The notes beneath the pieces are model-generated. The model was not told the DNA's origin, did not search any database, and saw only the letters and a program-made list of their open reading frames with translations. A stretch of DNA of 29,700 nt, taken from the IMG/VR virus record IMGVR_UViG_3300047669_001396, positions 1 to 29,700 of that record. One strand, given 5' to 3'. Positions 1 through 8,629 of the stretch are shown here, one piece after another (within the stretch, counting starts at the first letter, position 1; each line of letters begins with the position of its first letter). Position numbers and translations under genes: made by a program. This DNA is from a virus. Lineage: Duplodnaviria; Caudoviricetes.

Positions 1-1536
1 TGGTTCAACCGCAGGTGGTTCCGGTGCAAAGGTAACCGCTATCTGCTGTCCTGCCTCTAATTCGATTTCGACTTCCAATGCGGCTACGGCGATTGCGACA
101 GTCGCTTCTTCAATATCTGCGATCTCAATGGCGTCATCAGAGAAAGCCAAAAGTGATTGAATTTCTTCAGGTTCTGCATCTTCCTCTGGCTGCTCCCACC
201 GTTCAAGTTCCTCTTCCTCAACGATAATTGCTTCAATCTGGACTGATTTTTCTTCATTCAAAACAAGTAAGGAAAACTTCTGTTGGGTTTCTTCTTCTAC
301 TTTTTCTTCCAAAAGTGCTTCTATACGATCCTTGGAAGAAGTCGCTTCCTTTGCTGCTGGAGTGGGAACTTCGATTTGCACAACATCTGCATTGAAGTCA
401 TCGATTCCGGGTGGAAGAAAAACCAAGACAGGATCAGCAGTACTCGGCCCTGAAATCAAATAACGATAAGTCGCTCCGGGGATCTCATTTACAAATGCGC
501 CGTCGTAATAGCCAAGCCTGTCACCTGATGACGTTTCAATCTTGATAGACATTTGCTTGTCGCCAGAAGCAGCGACGGTAAGCATCGTGCCCGATTCTTC
601 TCCCTCTTCCTTGGGGCAGAAACTGCAAGTGAAAGGACCAGAACGCGCTCGCATCGGCGTGAGTTCCATTGTTCCCGTACCACCAGACCACGCCTCTGCC
701 TGCTCTGTTGGGTTAGTGGCCGCTAGTGCATAAATCCACTGACCCTCTTTAGAAACATCTATCCAGCGTTCCTCACCCGGCCAGTTAGAATCGTAGATAT
801 AGATGCGATAACCACTGGGCATCTCTTCCACCCGGTAAGGCGTGACAGCGTGTCCACCCATCTCGCTGTAAATACCGATTGTAAAGCCAGTGTGTGCATT
901 ACCTTTTTCTGCTTCAGCAAAGTCATACATCAACACTTGTGCCAATTCGGCAGGTGACTTCTCCAAGAAAGCGGATGCCGTTTCCTGAACCTCCATCGCA
1001 AACTGGGTTACATACCAGTACGCAATTTCAGAAAGGAGCGCCGGATCTTCTTTAATAAGTTGTGAAACGGTGTGAGTATTCTGGTAAGCCAACAGTGTTT
1101 CGATATCACCAGAAAGCCTCAAACTCAAAACTGCCAGACCTTCGCACAGCCCACCACGCATCGACTTGTTGGCCTGTGACATCAACTGAAGAATTACCGG
1201 ATAAGGCGTACATTGCCCATTAGAGACATCTAAACAAACTTGGCTATCGCCGTATAGGCGACGCGCCATGTTCACCGTCAAGTCGGCTGGGGCTTCACCA
1301 CCACCAAAGTTTGCAAAAGAAAACGAATCTTCTGATGCCATATAATTTGGAATGGCATGATCTGCCAATGGGGCTGTTTTAATTAAGATCGGAGTAATCG
1401 ACGTAGTAGCAGTTTCCCCAAGAACGGTTGTGGTTGTCTCGTCAGGGAACAGATCAACCGGTTCCGTGGAAGTACCTGAGGAACAGGCCGAAGCGAACAA
1501 TGCTCCAGCAAAGAAAACAGCGGCAAGCCGTCTCAC
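1..1536 (-). CDS. Large lipoprotein with papain-like (Cys-His-Asp) motifs; runs off the left window edge
   Basis: Not in the ORF track because it has no stop in the window. Manual translation from GTG at 1536 gives MRRLAAVFFAGALFASAC (lipobox), SSGTSTEP...ETTTT linker, ...SMRGGLCEGLAV...GGHAVTPY...YIYDSNWPG..., then an acidic C-terminal part. The segments I translated are open and the frame is still open at position 1. Confidence 0.8.
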   Translation of the reverse strand, partial: MRRLAAVFFAGALFASACSSGTSTEPVDLFPDETTTTVLGETATTSITPILIKTAPLADHAIPNYMASEDSFSFANFGGGEAPADLTVNMARRLYGDSQVCLDVSNGQCTPYPVILQLMSQANKSMRGGLCEGLAVLSLRLSGDIETLLAYQNTHTVSQLIKEDPALLSEIAYWYVTQFAMEVQETASAFLEKSPAELAQVLMYDFAEAEKGNAHTGFTIGIYSEMGGHAVTPYRVEEMPSGYRIYIYDSNWPGEERWIDVSKEGQWIYALAATNPTEQAEAWSGGTGTMELTPMRARSGPFTCSFCPKEEGEESGTMLTVAASGDKQMSIKIETSSGDRLGYYDGAFVNEIPGATYRYLISGPSTADPVLVFLPPGIDDFNADVVQIEVPTPAAKEATSSKDRIEALLEEKVEEETQQKFSLLVLNEEKSVQIEAIIVEEEELERWEQPEEDAEPEEIQSLLAFSDDAIEIADIEEATVAIAVAALEVEIELEAGQQIAVTFAPEPPAVEP

Positions 1537-1540
1537 GACG

Positions 1541-1993
1541 CTACCGCTTTTTGCGTTTACTTTGGTACCAGAAAAGAAGTCCCATTAAAAGAATCAAACT
1601 TGCGGCAATAACAATCACGGTCACCGAACCACCGGGTGCTCCGCTCATGTCTAAAGAAAAGTTCTTCGTTCCTCCGCCAAGAAGATCATTCTCTGATTTC
1701 AGTTCTGCTACGGCTTCTTCTAACTGGGCGACTTGATAACCCAGCGCAGCCTCCTCTCCAGAGGACTGCCACAGGAACCCAAAGGCTCCAGAAATTGCTG
1801 CGGGCAAACCCAGAACGTAAGCAATGTTGTCTTTGATTCGGTCAATCAGGCTTGTAACTTTTTCAGTTGCCTGTTTAGCCGTACCTAAAACAGCACTACC
1901 AACATCCGGGTCTGCCCCAGCGTTTGTCTCTTCTAAGGGTCGCGAAAGTAGATCCGCTACCTGTTGTAAGCGTTTTCGCAGATCATCATCCAT
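1541..1993 (-). CDS. Hypothetical membrane protein (two hydrophobic segments, short coiled coil, basic C-terminus)
   Basis: 150 aa; IAYVLGLPAAISGAFGFLW and VTVIVIAASLILLMGLLFWY-QSKRKKR; VAQLEEAVAELKSEN heptads; stop lies 4 nt before the lipoprotein start. Confidence 0.75.
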   Translation of the reverse strand: MDDDLRKRLQQVADLLSRPLEETNAGADPDVGSAVLGTAKQATEKVTSLIDRIKDNIAYVLGLPAAISGAFGFLWQSSGEEAALGYQVAQLEEAVAELKSENDLLGGGTKNFSLDMSGAPGGSVTVIVIAASLILLMGLLFWYQSKRKKR

Positions 1994-2085
1994 AGCAACC
2001 CCATACAGACCTAAGTCCTAGTTCCTATGAATGATACCTGCTTATCCTATACAGCAAAGTATAGAATTGTATCTCTTTTTGTGTC

Positions 2086-2292
2086 CTACGCCATCATCGA
2101 CGGTGAGCGATCACCGAATTTACTTGCGGCCCAGCCCTTGATAACTGCAACACCTGCTGACACACCGGCCATCAGGATCATTTTCCAATTATCAACGCCT
2201 AAATCCATAACACTATTGGTACCCATGGCACCGATAGCAGCCTGAATAAATGTCGCAATTGTTCGTTCGGCTAGATCTTTGTACTCAGCCAT
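2086..2292 (-). CDS. Holin, phage r1t-like family
   Basis: 68 aa; DLAERTIATFIQA...DNWKMILMAGVSAGVAVIKG matches the pattern of r1t-type/actinophage holins; GAGG RBS upstream. Confidence 0.75.
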   Translation of the reverse strand: MAEYKDLAERTIATFIQAAIGAMGTNSVMDLGVDNWKMILMAGVSAGVAVIKGWAASKFGDRSPSMMA

Positions 2293-2454
2293 ACGTTTAC
2301 CTCGTATCCTCGCCTGTTAAGAATGGTCTTGATGGAGATCAGGACCAATAACAATAATACTCGCTCCAATGGAGACGAGAGCAGACGTATACTAGTATGG
2401 ATGAAATAAAGTGAATTCCATGAACCCAGACACTACGGAACTTTCCCCCACCCA
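2293..2454. promoter_or_regulatory. Divergent intergenic region, likely promoters for the holin (-) and oxygenase (+) operons
   Basis: Only divergent junction in the window; contains -10-like hexamers (TATACT/TAGTAT near 2387-2398). Exact promoters not resolved. Confidence 0.35.
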
Positions 2455-3168
2455 ATGCTTGTTATAGATGATTTCATTCGCAGCCCCGTATTGACGGGTG
2501 CCGTCAAGAGCGATAAAAACTTCTTTCCCATTACGGTAGATGAGAACAACCCGGAAGAAGTTGGGTACACGCTGAATGGATTCCACGACCAAGAATGTGA
2601 TTGCTTTGCTCCCTACATGTTTTGGGAGGGTTGGTGGAAATCCCCGGCAGATACCTTACGAAAGAAGATTATTCAAGAAATCTGGTCGGCACCGGGAGTC
2701 TTAGAATACGAACGTGACGAAATAGCAGGGTTTGAATACTGGTGTAGAACATTCAACGCAGGTCAATTCTTGAAACCTCATGTGGATGAAGACACTTTCC
2801 TTTACGAAAAGAGCCACGAATTCAACGCGCCCGTAACCGGATGCATCTGGTATGGCTTCTCTGAATCTGGTGATGGTGGATTTCTGGAACTCCATGAAGG
2901 GAGCATCGAAGGAAATCCGTCGGATGCGTTAGAAGAAAAGCACATGGAAACTTTGTTGTCTCCTCCCGATCGCTTGGAACGAATTGCTTACAAGACGAAT
3001 CGTTTGATAGTTTTTGATGCGGGTCGTCGGGTGCATCAAACTCAACCTGCTGGTTGGGGGGACCGTCAGGTGATGGTTGTGAATGTGTGGCACAAGGATT
3101 CACCGCCGAGCGCCTTGGCAACAGGACAGTTCTATCGTGAAGGGCAGGAGAATCGTGGAAAGAATTAA
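2455..3168 (+). CDS. 2OG-Fe(II) oxygenase superfamily protein
   Basis: FEYWCR...PHVDED (HxD)...GCIWY...GGFLEL...NRLIVFDAGRRVH (distal His)...RQVMVVNVW (2OG-binding Arg). Confidence 0.8.
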   Translation: MLVIDDFIRSPVLTGAVKSDKNFFPITVDENNPEEVGYTLNGFHDQECDCFAPYMFWEGWWKSPADTLRKKIIQEIWSAPGVLEYERDEIAGFEYWCRTFNAGQFLKPHVDEDTFLYEKSHEFNAPVTGCIWYGFSESGDGGFLELHEGSIEGNPSDALEEKHMETLLSPPDRLERIAYKTNRLIVFDAGRRVHQTQPAGWGDRQVMVVNVWHKDSPPSALATGQFYREGQENRGKN

Positions 3169-3739
3169 TCTACTTAGCGTCGATGTCTACACCACAACCT
3201 TGGATTTCAAAGGCGGGGACGTTCACCACGAAGTGTTCGCTGACGGACGACCAGTGCCGGGAGAATACTCAGAAGAACACAAGACTCACACTTATTATGA
3301 GGATCTGGTGTTGAAAGATACGCCGTTAATGCAGGAAGTCAGAGCGGCAATCGAAGAAAAAACCTCTCAAATTCTTTCCCAAGAATACAAAGTTTCAGCG
3401 ATGTGGGGATTGGTTCTTCAAAAGGGAGAATCAGTGGAACCCCATTCGCACAAATCTAACAGTCATTTGAATCCGCACGAATATTTCTCTATCGCATATT
3501 ATCCAACCGCTACGTTCAGCGATGCCCAACTTGTGTTCGGTGTTCCATACGCCAATTCACAAGAAACTGTTACGCGCATTCAGCCGACAGCCGGGATGCT
3601 AGTAATTTTCCCGTCCTATCTGACACATTGGACGACCCGACAAATGTCAAACACAAGAGTAGTTTTAAGCGCAAACGTAGAACCAGTCGAACCGCAAGCC
3701 AGCACGGACCAAGATTGGTCCGCTTATGACTTGAACTAA
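3155..3739 (+). CDS. Putative 2OG-Fe(II) oxygenase, TIGR02466/2OG-FeII_Oxy_5-like
   Basis: MWGLVL-KGE-VEPHSH, FSIAYY, PTAGMLVIFPSYLTH, RVVLSAN. Start reassigned to GTG 3155, which follows an AGGAG RBS (track start was 3083). Confidence 0.8.
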   Translation: MERINLLSVDVYTTTLDFKGGDVHHEVFADGRPVPGEYSEEHKTHTYYEDLVLKDTPLMQEVRAAIEEKTSQILSQEYKVSAMWGLVLQKGESVEPHSHKSNSHLNPHEYFSIAYYPTATFSDAQLVFGVPYANSQETVTRIQPTAGMLVIFPSYLTHWTTRQMSNTRVVLSANVEPVEPQASTDQDWSAYDLN

Positions 3740-3817
3740 TGAATCTTCATCTGTAGAATACAATTTAGGGTATGCTGTGGTCAAGATGTTCTATGTCTAC
3801 GAACGAGGTCTCCACTA

Positions 3818-4048
3818 ATGGACTTTCTATCTACTATCTCCACAGCGGATAAAACAGCAATGCTTAATACCCTCATTTCCGACAGGGAGACAAGCATCTT
3901 CGCACTCTCTTGGGGCGTCGGCATTGATCCGAATGATCTTGCTGCCGACTACACCGCCCCTGTTGGGACAGCGAACCCATCAGAAACACAATTAGAGGCC
4001 GAACTCGCCGCCTTGGCTACGATTAAAGCCGAACTTGCGAGCCTATAG
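3818..4048 (+). CDS. Small hypothetical protein (paralog of 5599..5844)
   Basis: 76 aa; GAGG RBS; MDFxSTI...W..G..P..L...YTAP...LEA shared with 5599..5844. Confidence 0.75.
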   Translation: MDFLSTISTADKTAMLNTLISDRETSIFALSWGVGIDPNDLAADYTAPVGTANPSETQLEAELAALATIKAELASL

Positions 4049-4060
4049 GAGTGATGCAAA

Positions 4061-4270
4061 ATGGCTTTAACCGAAGCGGAAGTTACTGCCGCAAAAGCGG
4101 ACGCTAAAGAATATCTGGAATACTCCACTCTGTCTCTCGCCCTAACATTGGGTGTCGCCTCTGACGAGATAAGCAGTTCTCTGGTAATCCCGGTTGCTGC
4201 CGATCACACCAATTACAAAGCCTACGATTGTCTCAAAAGGCAGGCAGCGGCCTTAGAAGCACTGGCATGA
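4061..4270 (+). CDS. Small hypothetical protein
   Basis: 69 aa; AGGAG RBS; helical, with a similar layout to its neighbours. Confidence 0.75.
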   Translation: MALTEAEVTAAKADAKEYLEYSTLSLALTLGVASDEISSSLVIPVAADHTNYKAYDCLKRQAAALEALA

Positions 4271-4509
4271 GTTATCCGGAACCACGCTTGTACGTTCCCG
4301 ACGTTTCACAAGTTGCTAACGCTAAAAACAAAGGCCGTGCAATATCCGAAACAACTTTTGCCTATGACAACGCCGATGATTCCGAACCCCATGAAAAAGA
4401 GAGAGACAACGATACCCCTCGTTGGAACAAGGAACTAAACGCCACCGAATTCGCATCAGACCTGTACACCATGTTTTGTGAGCGGAACACGGAAGACAGC
4501 ATTATCTAG
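4267..4509 (+). CDS. Small acidic hypothetical protein
   Basis: ATG at 4267 overlaps the upstream TGA (ATGA coupling); 80 aa, MSYPEPRLYVPD... Confidence 0.65.
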   Translation: MSYPEPRLYVPDVSQVANAKNKGRAISETTFAYDNADDSEPHEKERDNDTPRWNKELNATEFASDLYTMFCERNTEDSII

Positions 4510-4523
4510 TCGAAGGACTAACT

Positions 4524-4841
4524 ATGGCTATACGAAACAGTTGGGAAGAGACAGGATCTCTTTACGACGCCGCACGACATTTGAATGCCGCTGAAGCCAA
4601 CATGGCAGTTCTTACATTTATTGCCGGTTTGGATTGGGCAGACGATGCCACTCTGACCATTGATGATGTCATTAACGCCATTCGCAACAATTACTCTGGA
4701 CCAGAAAACGCAGAAAAATCATTGATGGGCGGCAAAGAAACCGTTAGTGCAGCAAATAACTATCTTGATACCGAACGATCACTTTTGGTTCAACTCGCCC
4801 GACGGGCATACCGACAACGCCAGATAGCGGAGGCTGCATAA
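4524..4841 (+). CDS. Hypothetical protein
   Basis: 105 aa; GAAGGA RBS; TAATG overlap with the next gene. Confidence 0.75.
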   Translation: MAIRNSWEETGSLYDAARHLNAAEANMAVLTFIAGLDWADDATLTIDDVINAIRNNYSGPENAEKSLMGGKETVSAANNYLDTERSLLVQLARRAYRQRQIAEAA

Positions 4842-5590
4842 TGTCCAGCCACTGGTTTGAAACAAGTCGTATCGCTCAGAAATACTCCAATAGTGCTGAA
4901 ATAGATGGAGAGGTGGTGGCCGACTACTCAACTGCCATACTTGCTTATTACGACTCAATCAATTTAGATCGTAGAAGCATCGCTATCTCTGATGATTATG
5001 CGCTCATCCAATACGAAACTTACCAGAACCCAGACCCGAATTGGGCTGCGGTGATGTGGATGGCCTACACCGTAGAAAACATGATCATAGACATGTCGGA
5101 CACTGGGGACACTTTAAAAATACTTTCTCCCAGTCGCATCACTCATCCTTGTTTCTTTAATGGTGATGGAGATACAGGACGAGAGTACACATTTGTAAAC
5201 AATTGGAATCTTCACCACTTTGAACAGTTCGCTCTCACGCAACCAAGCGTGGCAGCGCGGTATCCCGATGCACGATATTCGGTAGTAGACGAGCAAGACA
5301 TTCTTGACGGGTCTTTGTCCGGAACTTACGACGCTGTGCGAAGCACCCCCATAGGTTTCTTTGGCCCAAACACAAAACTTCTAGATGCCTACTTGGATAC
5401 ATTAAAAGTCGGCGGCGTAATGATCTGGTTTGAATCAAGCGAATGGACATCCATGTATGCTGGTGGACTAGCCAGAACACATACTAGTTTTTATGCACGA
5501 TTCGCTAAACACCTTGCCGCTAAAACTAACTTCACGGTCTATCATATACCAATGGAACACGGTGTAACCATCTGTAAGAGGACGGCGTAG
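4841..5590 (+). CDS. Class I SAM-dependent methyltransferase-like protein (divergent)
   Basis: C-terminal half has YDAV...LLDAYLDTLKVGGVMIW...VYHIPMEHGVTICKR, the typical strand 4-7 pattern. No clear GxGxG motif I. The CDS is secure but the function is tentative. Confidence 0.5.
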   Translation: MSSHWFETSRIAQKYSNSAEIDGEVVADYSTAILAYYDSINLDRRSIAISDDYALIQYETYQNPDPNWAAVMWMAYTVENMIIDMSDTGDTLKILSPSRITHPCFFNGDGDTGREYTFVNNWNLHHFEQFALTQPSVAARYPDARYSVVDEQDILDGSLSGTYDAVRSTPIGFFGPNTKLLDAYLDTLKVGGVMIWFESSEWTSMYAGGLARTHTSFYARFAKHLAAKTNFTVYHIPMEHGVTICKRTA

Positions 5591-5598
5591 AGGCTGCT

Positions 5599-5844
5599 AT
5601 GGATTTTGAATCGACTATCCCAAACGCAACAAAGCGAGAACTACTTTTAAACAGCATGACCAGCACCGAGTTAGACATCTACAGGCTTGGTTGGGCCACC
5701 GGTAATCCCCCCGACACCCTGTCTACTTCTTACACTGCCCCCGCTGCTGATGTCAACAACCCACGAGCGTTGGAACAAGCCTTGGAAGCCGCCGTCGCTC
5801 GTCATGTCAGTCTAAAAACAGAACGCGATGCCATTCCCGCATAG
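5599..5844 (+). CDS. Small hypothetical protein (paralog of 3818..4048)
   Basis: 81 aa; GAGG RBS; aligns by eye with 3818..4048. Confidence 0.75.
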   Translation: MDFESTIPNATKRELLLNSMTSTELDIYRLGWATGNPPDTLSTSYTAPAADVNNPRALEQALEAAVARHVSLKTERDAIPA

Positions 5845-5871
5845 TGAATTTTTCTCTGATAATCTAGGTTA

Positions 5872-6825
5872 ATGAAATCTGTATTTCCAATACCGATGAT
5901 TGGCAGTTCCGACTGTCAACCTATCTCTGAATTGGAACTGCACAACTATGGCAGTGGCATTGTCTTGTTCAAAAATGCCATTGACGTTGATCAAAAATCT
6001 GTTCTCCCTTATCTGGACGAACGGGTTACCTTCGCTGATTGCGGTATCAAGGTTGTAGAAAAGAACGGAAAGCGTTGGGCCGAAGACTTTTCGGGCAACG
6101 AAGTCGAACACGGTTTAGAAATGCTGTCCGAACAGGCACTCCGTTTAGGGTCCGATCCAAACAATATGCCCGTGCAGGACGACACCCCCGAACCGGTTGC
6201 TAATTTCTTTCAGTCCTGTGAAGAAGTTATATATAAATCTCTTATCAGATACATCGACATACACCCAATGATTCTAAATACTCTTTGGTGGAAGAATCGT
6301 GGCCATATCCTCAAATACGGACCCAACGGCCTTCTAGGAGAACACAACGACAACGACACAAACTTCCGCGTTGTGGACGGACAGAGACATCCGACCAGTC
6401 GGCCACAGGCCATCTATCAAGTTTTAGCCTGCATTATCTATTTGAACGATGAATACGAAGGGGGAGAAATGTATTTCCCCTACACCGATGTCCAATATAA
6501 ACCGGTTACAGGTGACCTTCTTTTCTTCCCCCAAAATTACGTTGGAACGCACGGCGTCCGCCGTATTACATCAGGAGAAAGATACGTCTACCTGTCCAAT
6601 TTCGGACAAGGTGGAGATGAGGTAGTTGGGATCACCGAAGCAAATGAAGTCGCCCCTTGGGTTTCCCCCGTCTACCTGCCATGGATTTTCCAAGATTACG
6701 AAATGTATTACAACTCCGGGCATTCCGTGTCCGCCCAGACAGAGGGTCTCTTGAATCCCGTCCAACAAAACAGACCGATAGAAGGACACCCTGAGGGTCC
6801 GCTGCTACCACGGCCAGCAGCATGA
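5872..6825 (+). CDS. Prolyl-4-hydroxylase-like 2OG-Fe(II) oxygenase (WW-family paralog 1)
   Basis: LWWKNRGH..KY...HNDND, YLNDEYEGGEMYF, FPQNYVGTHGV, GERY. Confidence 0.9.
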   Translation: MKSVFPIPMIGSSDCQPISELELHNYGSGIVLFKNAIDVDQKSVLPYLDERVTFADCGIKVVEKNGKRWAEDFSGNEVEHGLEMLSEQALRLGSDPNNMPVQDDTPEPVANFFQSCEEVIYKSLIRYIDIHPMILNTLWWKNRGHILKYGPNGLLGEHNDNDTNFRVVDGQRHPTSRPQAIYQVLACIIYLNDEYEGGEMYFPYTDVQYKPVTGDLLFFPQNYVGTHGVRRITSGERYVYLSNFGQGGDEVVGITEANEVAPWVSPVYLPWIFQDYEMYYNSGHSVSAQTEGLLNPVQQNRPIEGHPEGPLLPRPAA

Positions 6826-7838
6826 ATGCTCTGTTCGATGCAACTACCCCTGAGATAACGGACGACGCCTTAAAAGAAATTAGTTCTTACGACGCTGAAC
6901 ATATCGGCGGCGGTGTAGTTCGATTCCGGAAAGCAGTCACCGTACCGAAATTCATGTTCCCGTGGATTGACACTGAAGCGAAACTGTCCCACGAGCAACG
7001 TTGGACCTACGAAACTGACGAAAACGGGGTCACCTACGCCCTCAATGAAGACTTAAACAAGTTCGATCTTGAACAAGTCAAACTCGTCCCCACCAGAGTT
7101 TTAGACCCAGTAACACCTTCTACTCCGTTAACCAATGTTGAAGTTCTCAAATACTGGGAAAACATGATCTACAAATGCCTCATCCGTTATGTGGACTTTT
7201 TCCCAATGGTTTTAGGCACCCTCTGGTGGCGCAACAGGGGACACATTCTTCGCTACAACGAGGGCACCTTTCTCGGCACACACAACGATAACGATACGAA
7301 CTTCCGGGCCACCAACGGACACAAATATATCCCACAAGGACAAGCAGCCTCACGCCAAACTTTGGCTGTTCTGCTATATCTCAACAATGGTGTTGAATCA
7401 GCAGATCAACTAGACGGAACCAATTACACAGGTGGAGAAATGAACTTCCCGTATTTGGATATCAACTATCAAGGACAGACCGGGGATGTAATAATCTTTC
7501 CATGCAACTTCTTGGCCACCCACGGGGTCAACACTGTCACCGCAGGAGAACGCTACACCTATCTGGAATTCTTTTCTCAGGGAAGCCCACAACCGGAAGT
7601 AATGATCAATGTCGTAGAACCGGAGGACATCGACTCGTGGTGTCCTCCACACTGGTTAAACCACATCTACGACGATTACGCTAAGTATGTGGAACACACG
7701 GAAAAGGGTACTGGCAGAGACATGACGGACAGAACGAATCCCGTTTACCAGAACCGAACTTTAGAAGGCGAAAAAGGATTAGCGCAGGCTTACGACCACG
7801 GAGATGTCGTAGACATTAATCTGCAAAGAGGAACATGA
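6822..7838 (+). CDS. Prolyl-4-hydroxylase-like 2OG-Fe(II) oxygenase (paralog 2)
   Basis: LWWRNRGH, HNDND, YLNN...GGEMNF, FPCNFLATHGV, GERY; ATGA overlaps on both sides. Confidence 0.9.
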   Translation: MNALFDATTPEITDDALKEISSYDAEHIGGGVVRFRKAVTVPKFMFPWIDTEAKLSHEQRWTYETDENGVTYALNEDLNKFDLEQVKLVPTRVLDPVTPSTPLTNVEVLKYWENMIYKCLIRYVDFFPMVLGTLWWRNRGHILRYNEGTFLGTHNDNDTNFRATNGHKYIPQGQAASRQTLAVLLYLNNGVESADQLDGTNYTGGEMNFPYLDINYQGQTGDVIIFPCNFLATHGVNTVTAGERYTYLEFFSQGSPQPEVMINVVEPEDIDSWCPPHWLNHIYDDYAKYVEHTEKGTGRDMTDRTNPVYQNRTLEGEKGLAQAYDHGDVVDINLQRGT

Positions 7839-8629
7839 ACCATTTAGGTGGAGGAGTCGTTTTATTTGAAAAAATAATCGACATACCAGATCACATAGTT
7901 CCTGAACTTTTCCGCATGGTGGAAACAGCGTTCAACACCATGTACGAATTCTCCTACGACGATAATGGGAAAATCGAATATGGTGTCAATCTGAGTGGTC
8001 ACACCATTTACAAAGAAGACCTGTACAAAGATCCAACCAGAATTACGGGACCGGGAGTAATCCTCAACCCAGAGTTTTTTGGATCTTGCGATAAAGCCAT
8101 CTATCAAAAACTACTTGACTACTTCTCTCTCTTTCCTGATGCTTTTCCATGTGTCTGGTGGGAAATAGGAGGCCATGTTGCCTACTACCCCACTGGATCT
8201 AAATACGGGTCGCATTGTGATAATGATGTCAACTATGTCTACGGTGACTTTCCCGTGGACCAATCAGCACTCAATCAGGTCGTTTCATGCAGTCTTGTTT
8301 TGAATAACGATTTTGCTGGCGGAACAATGGGCTTCAAATATTTAGACCTTGATGTCGAACTCGCAGCCGGAGATCTGCTCATGTTTCCCTCCAATTTTAT
8401 GGCTACTCATGAAGTTAAAGAAGTTACATCAGGAAGTCGTTATTCATATTTAGCAAACTTTGCTCAAGGTTCTTCTTCACCAGACCGCAACGTTGTTGTC
8501 CATGACATTCGTGAACCCGGAACACAAGGTAAATCTTGGCTTCCTGATATAGCAAAAGATTTCAGAGAAGCATTAGGCGATACGCCTATTCCGTCGGTTC
8601 TGTCTCGCTTGCCTGATCATGGACGTTGA
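7835..8629 (+). CDS. Prolyl-4-hydroxylase-like 2OG-Fe(II) oxygenase (paralog 3)
   Basis: VWWEIGGH, HCDND, LNNDFAGG, FPSNFMATHEV, GSRY. Confidence 0.9.
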   Translation: MNHLGGGVVLFEKIIDIPDHIVPELFRMVETAFNTMYEFSYDDNGKIEYGVNLSGHTIYKEDLYKDPTRITGPGVILNPEFFGSCDKAIYQKLLDYFSLFPDAFPCVWWEIGGHVAYYPTGSKYGSHCDNDVNYVYGDFPVDQSALNQVVSCSLVLNNDFAGGTMGFKYLDLDVELAAGDLLMFPSNFMATHEVKEVTSGSRYSYLANFAQGSSSPDRNVVVHDIREPGTQGKSWLPDIAKDFREALGDTPIPSVLSRLPDHGR

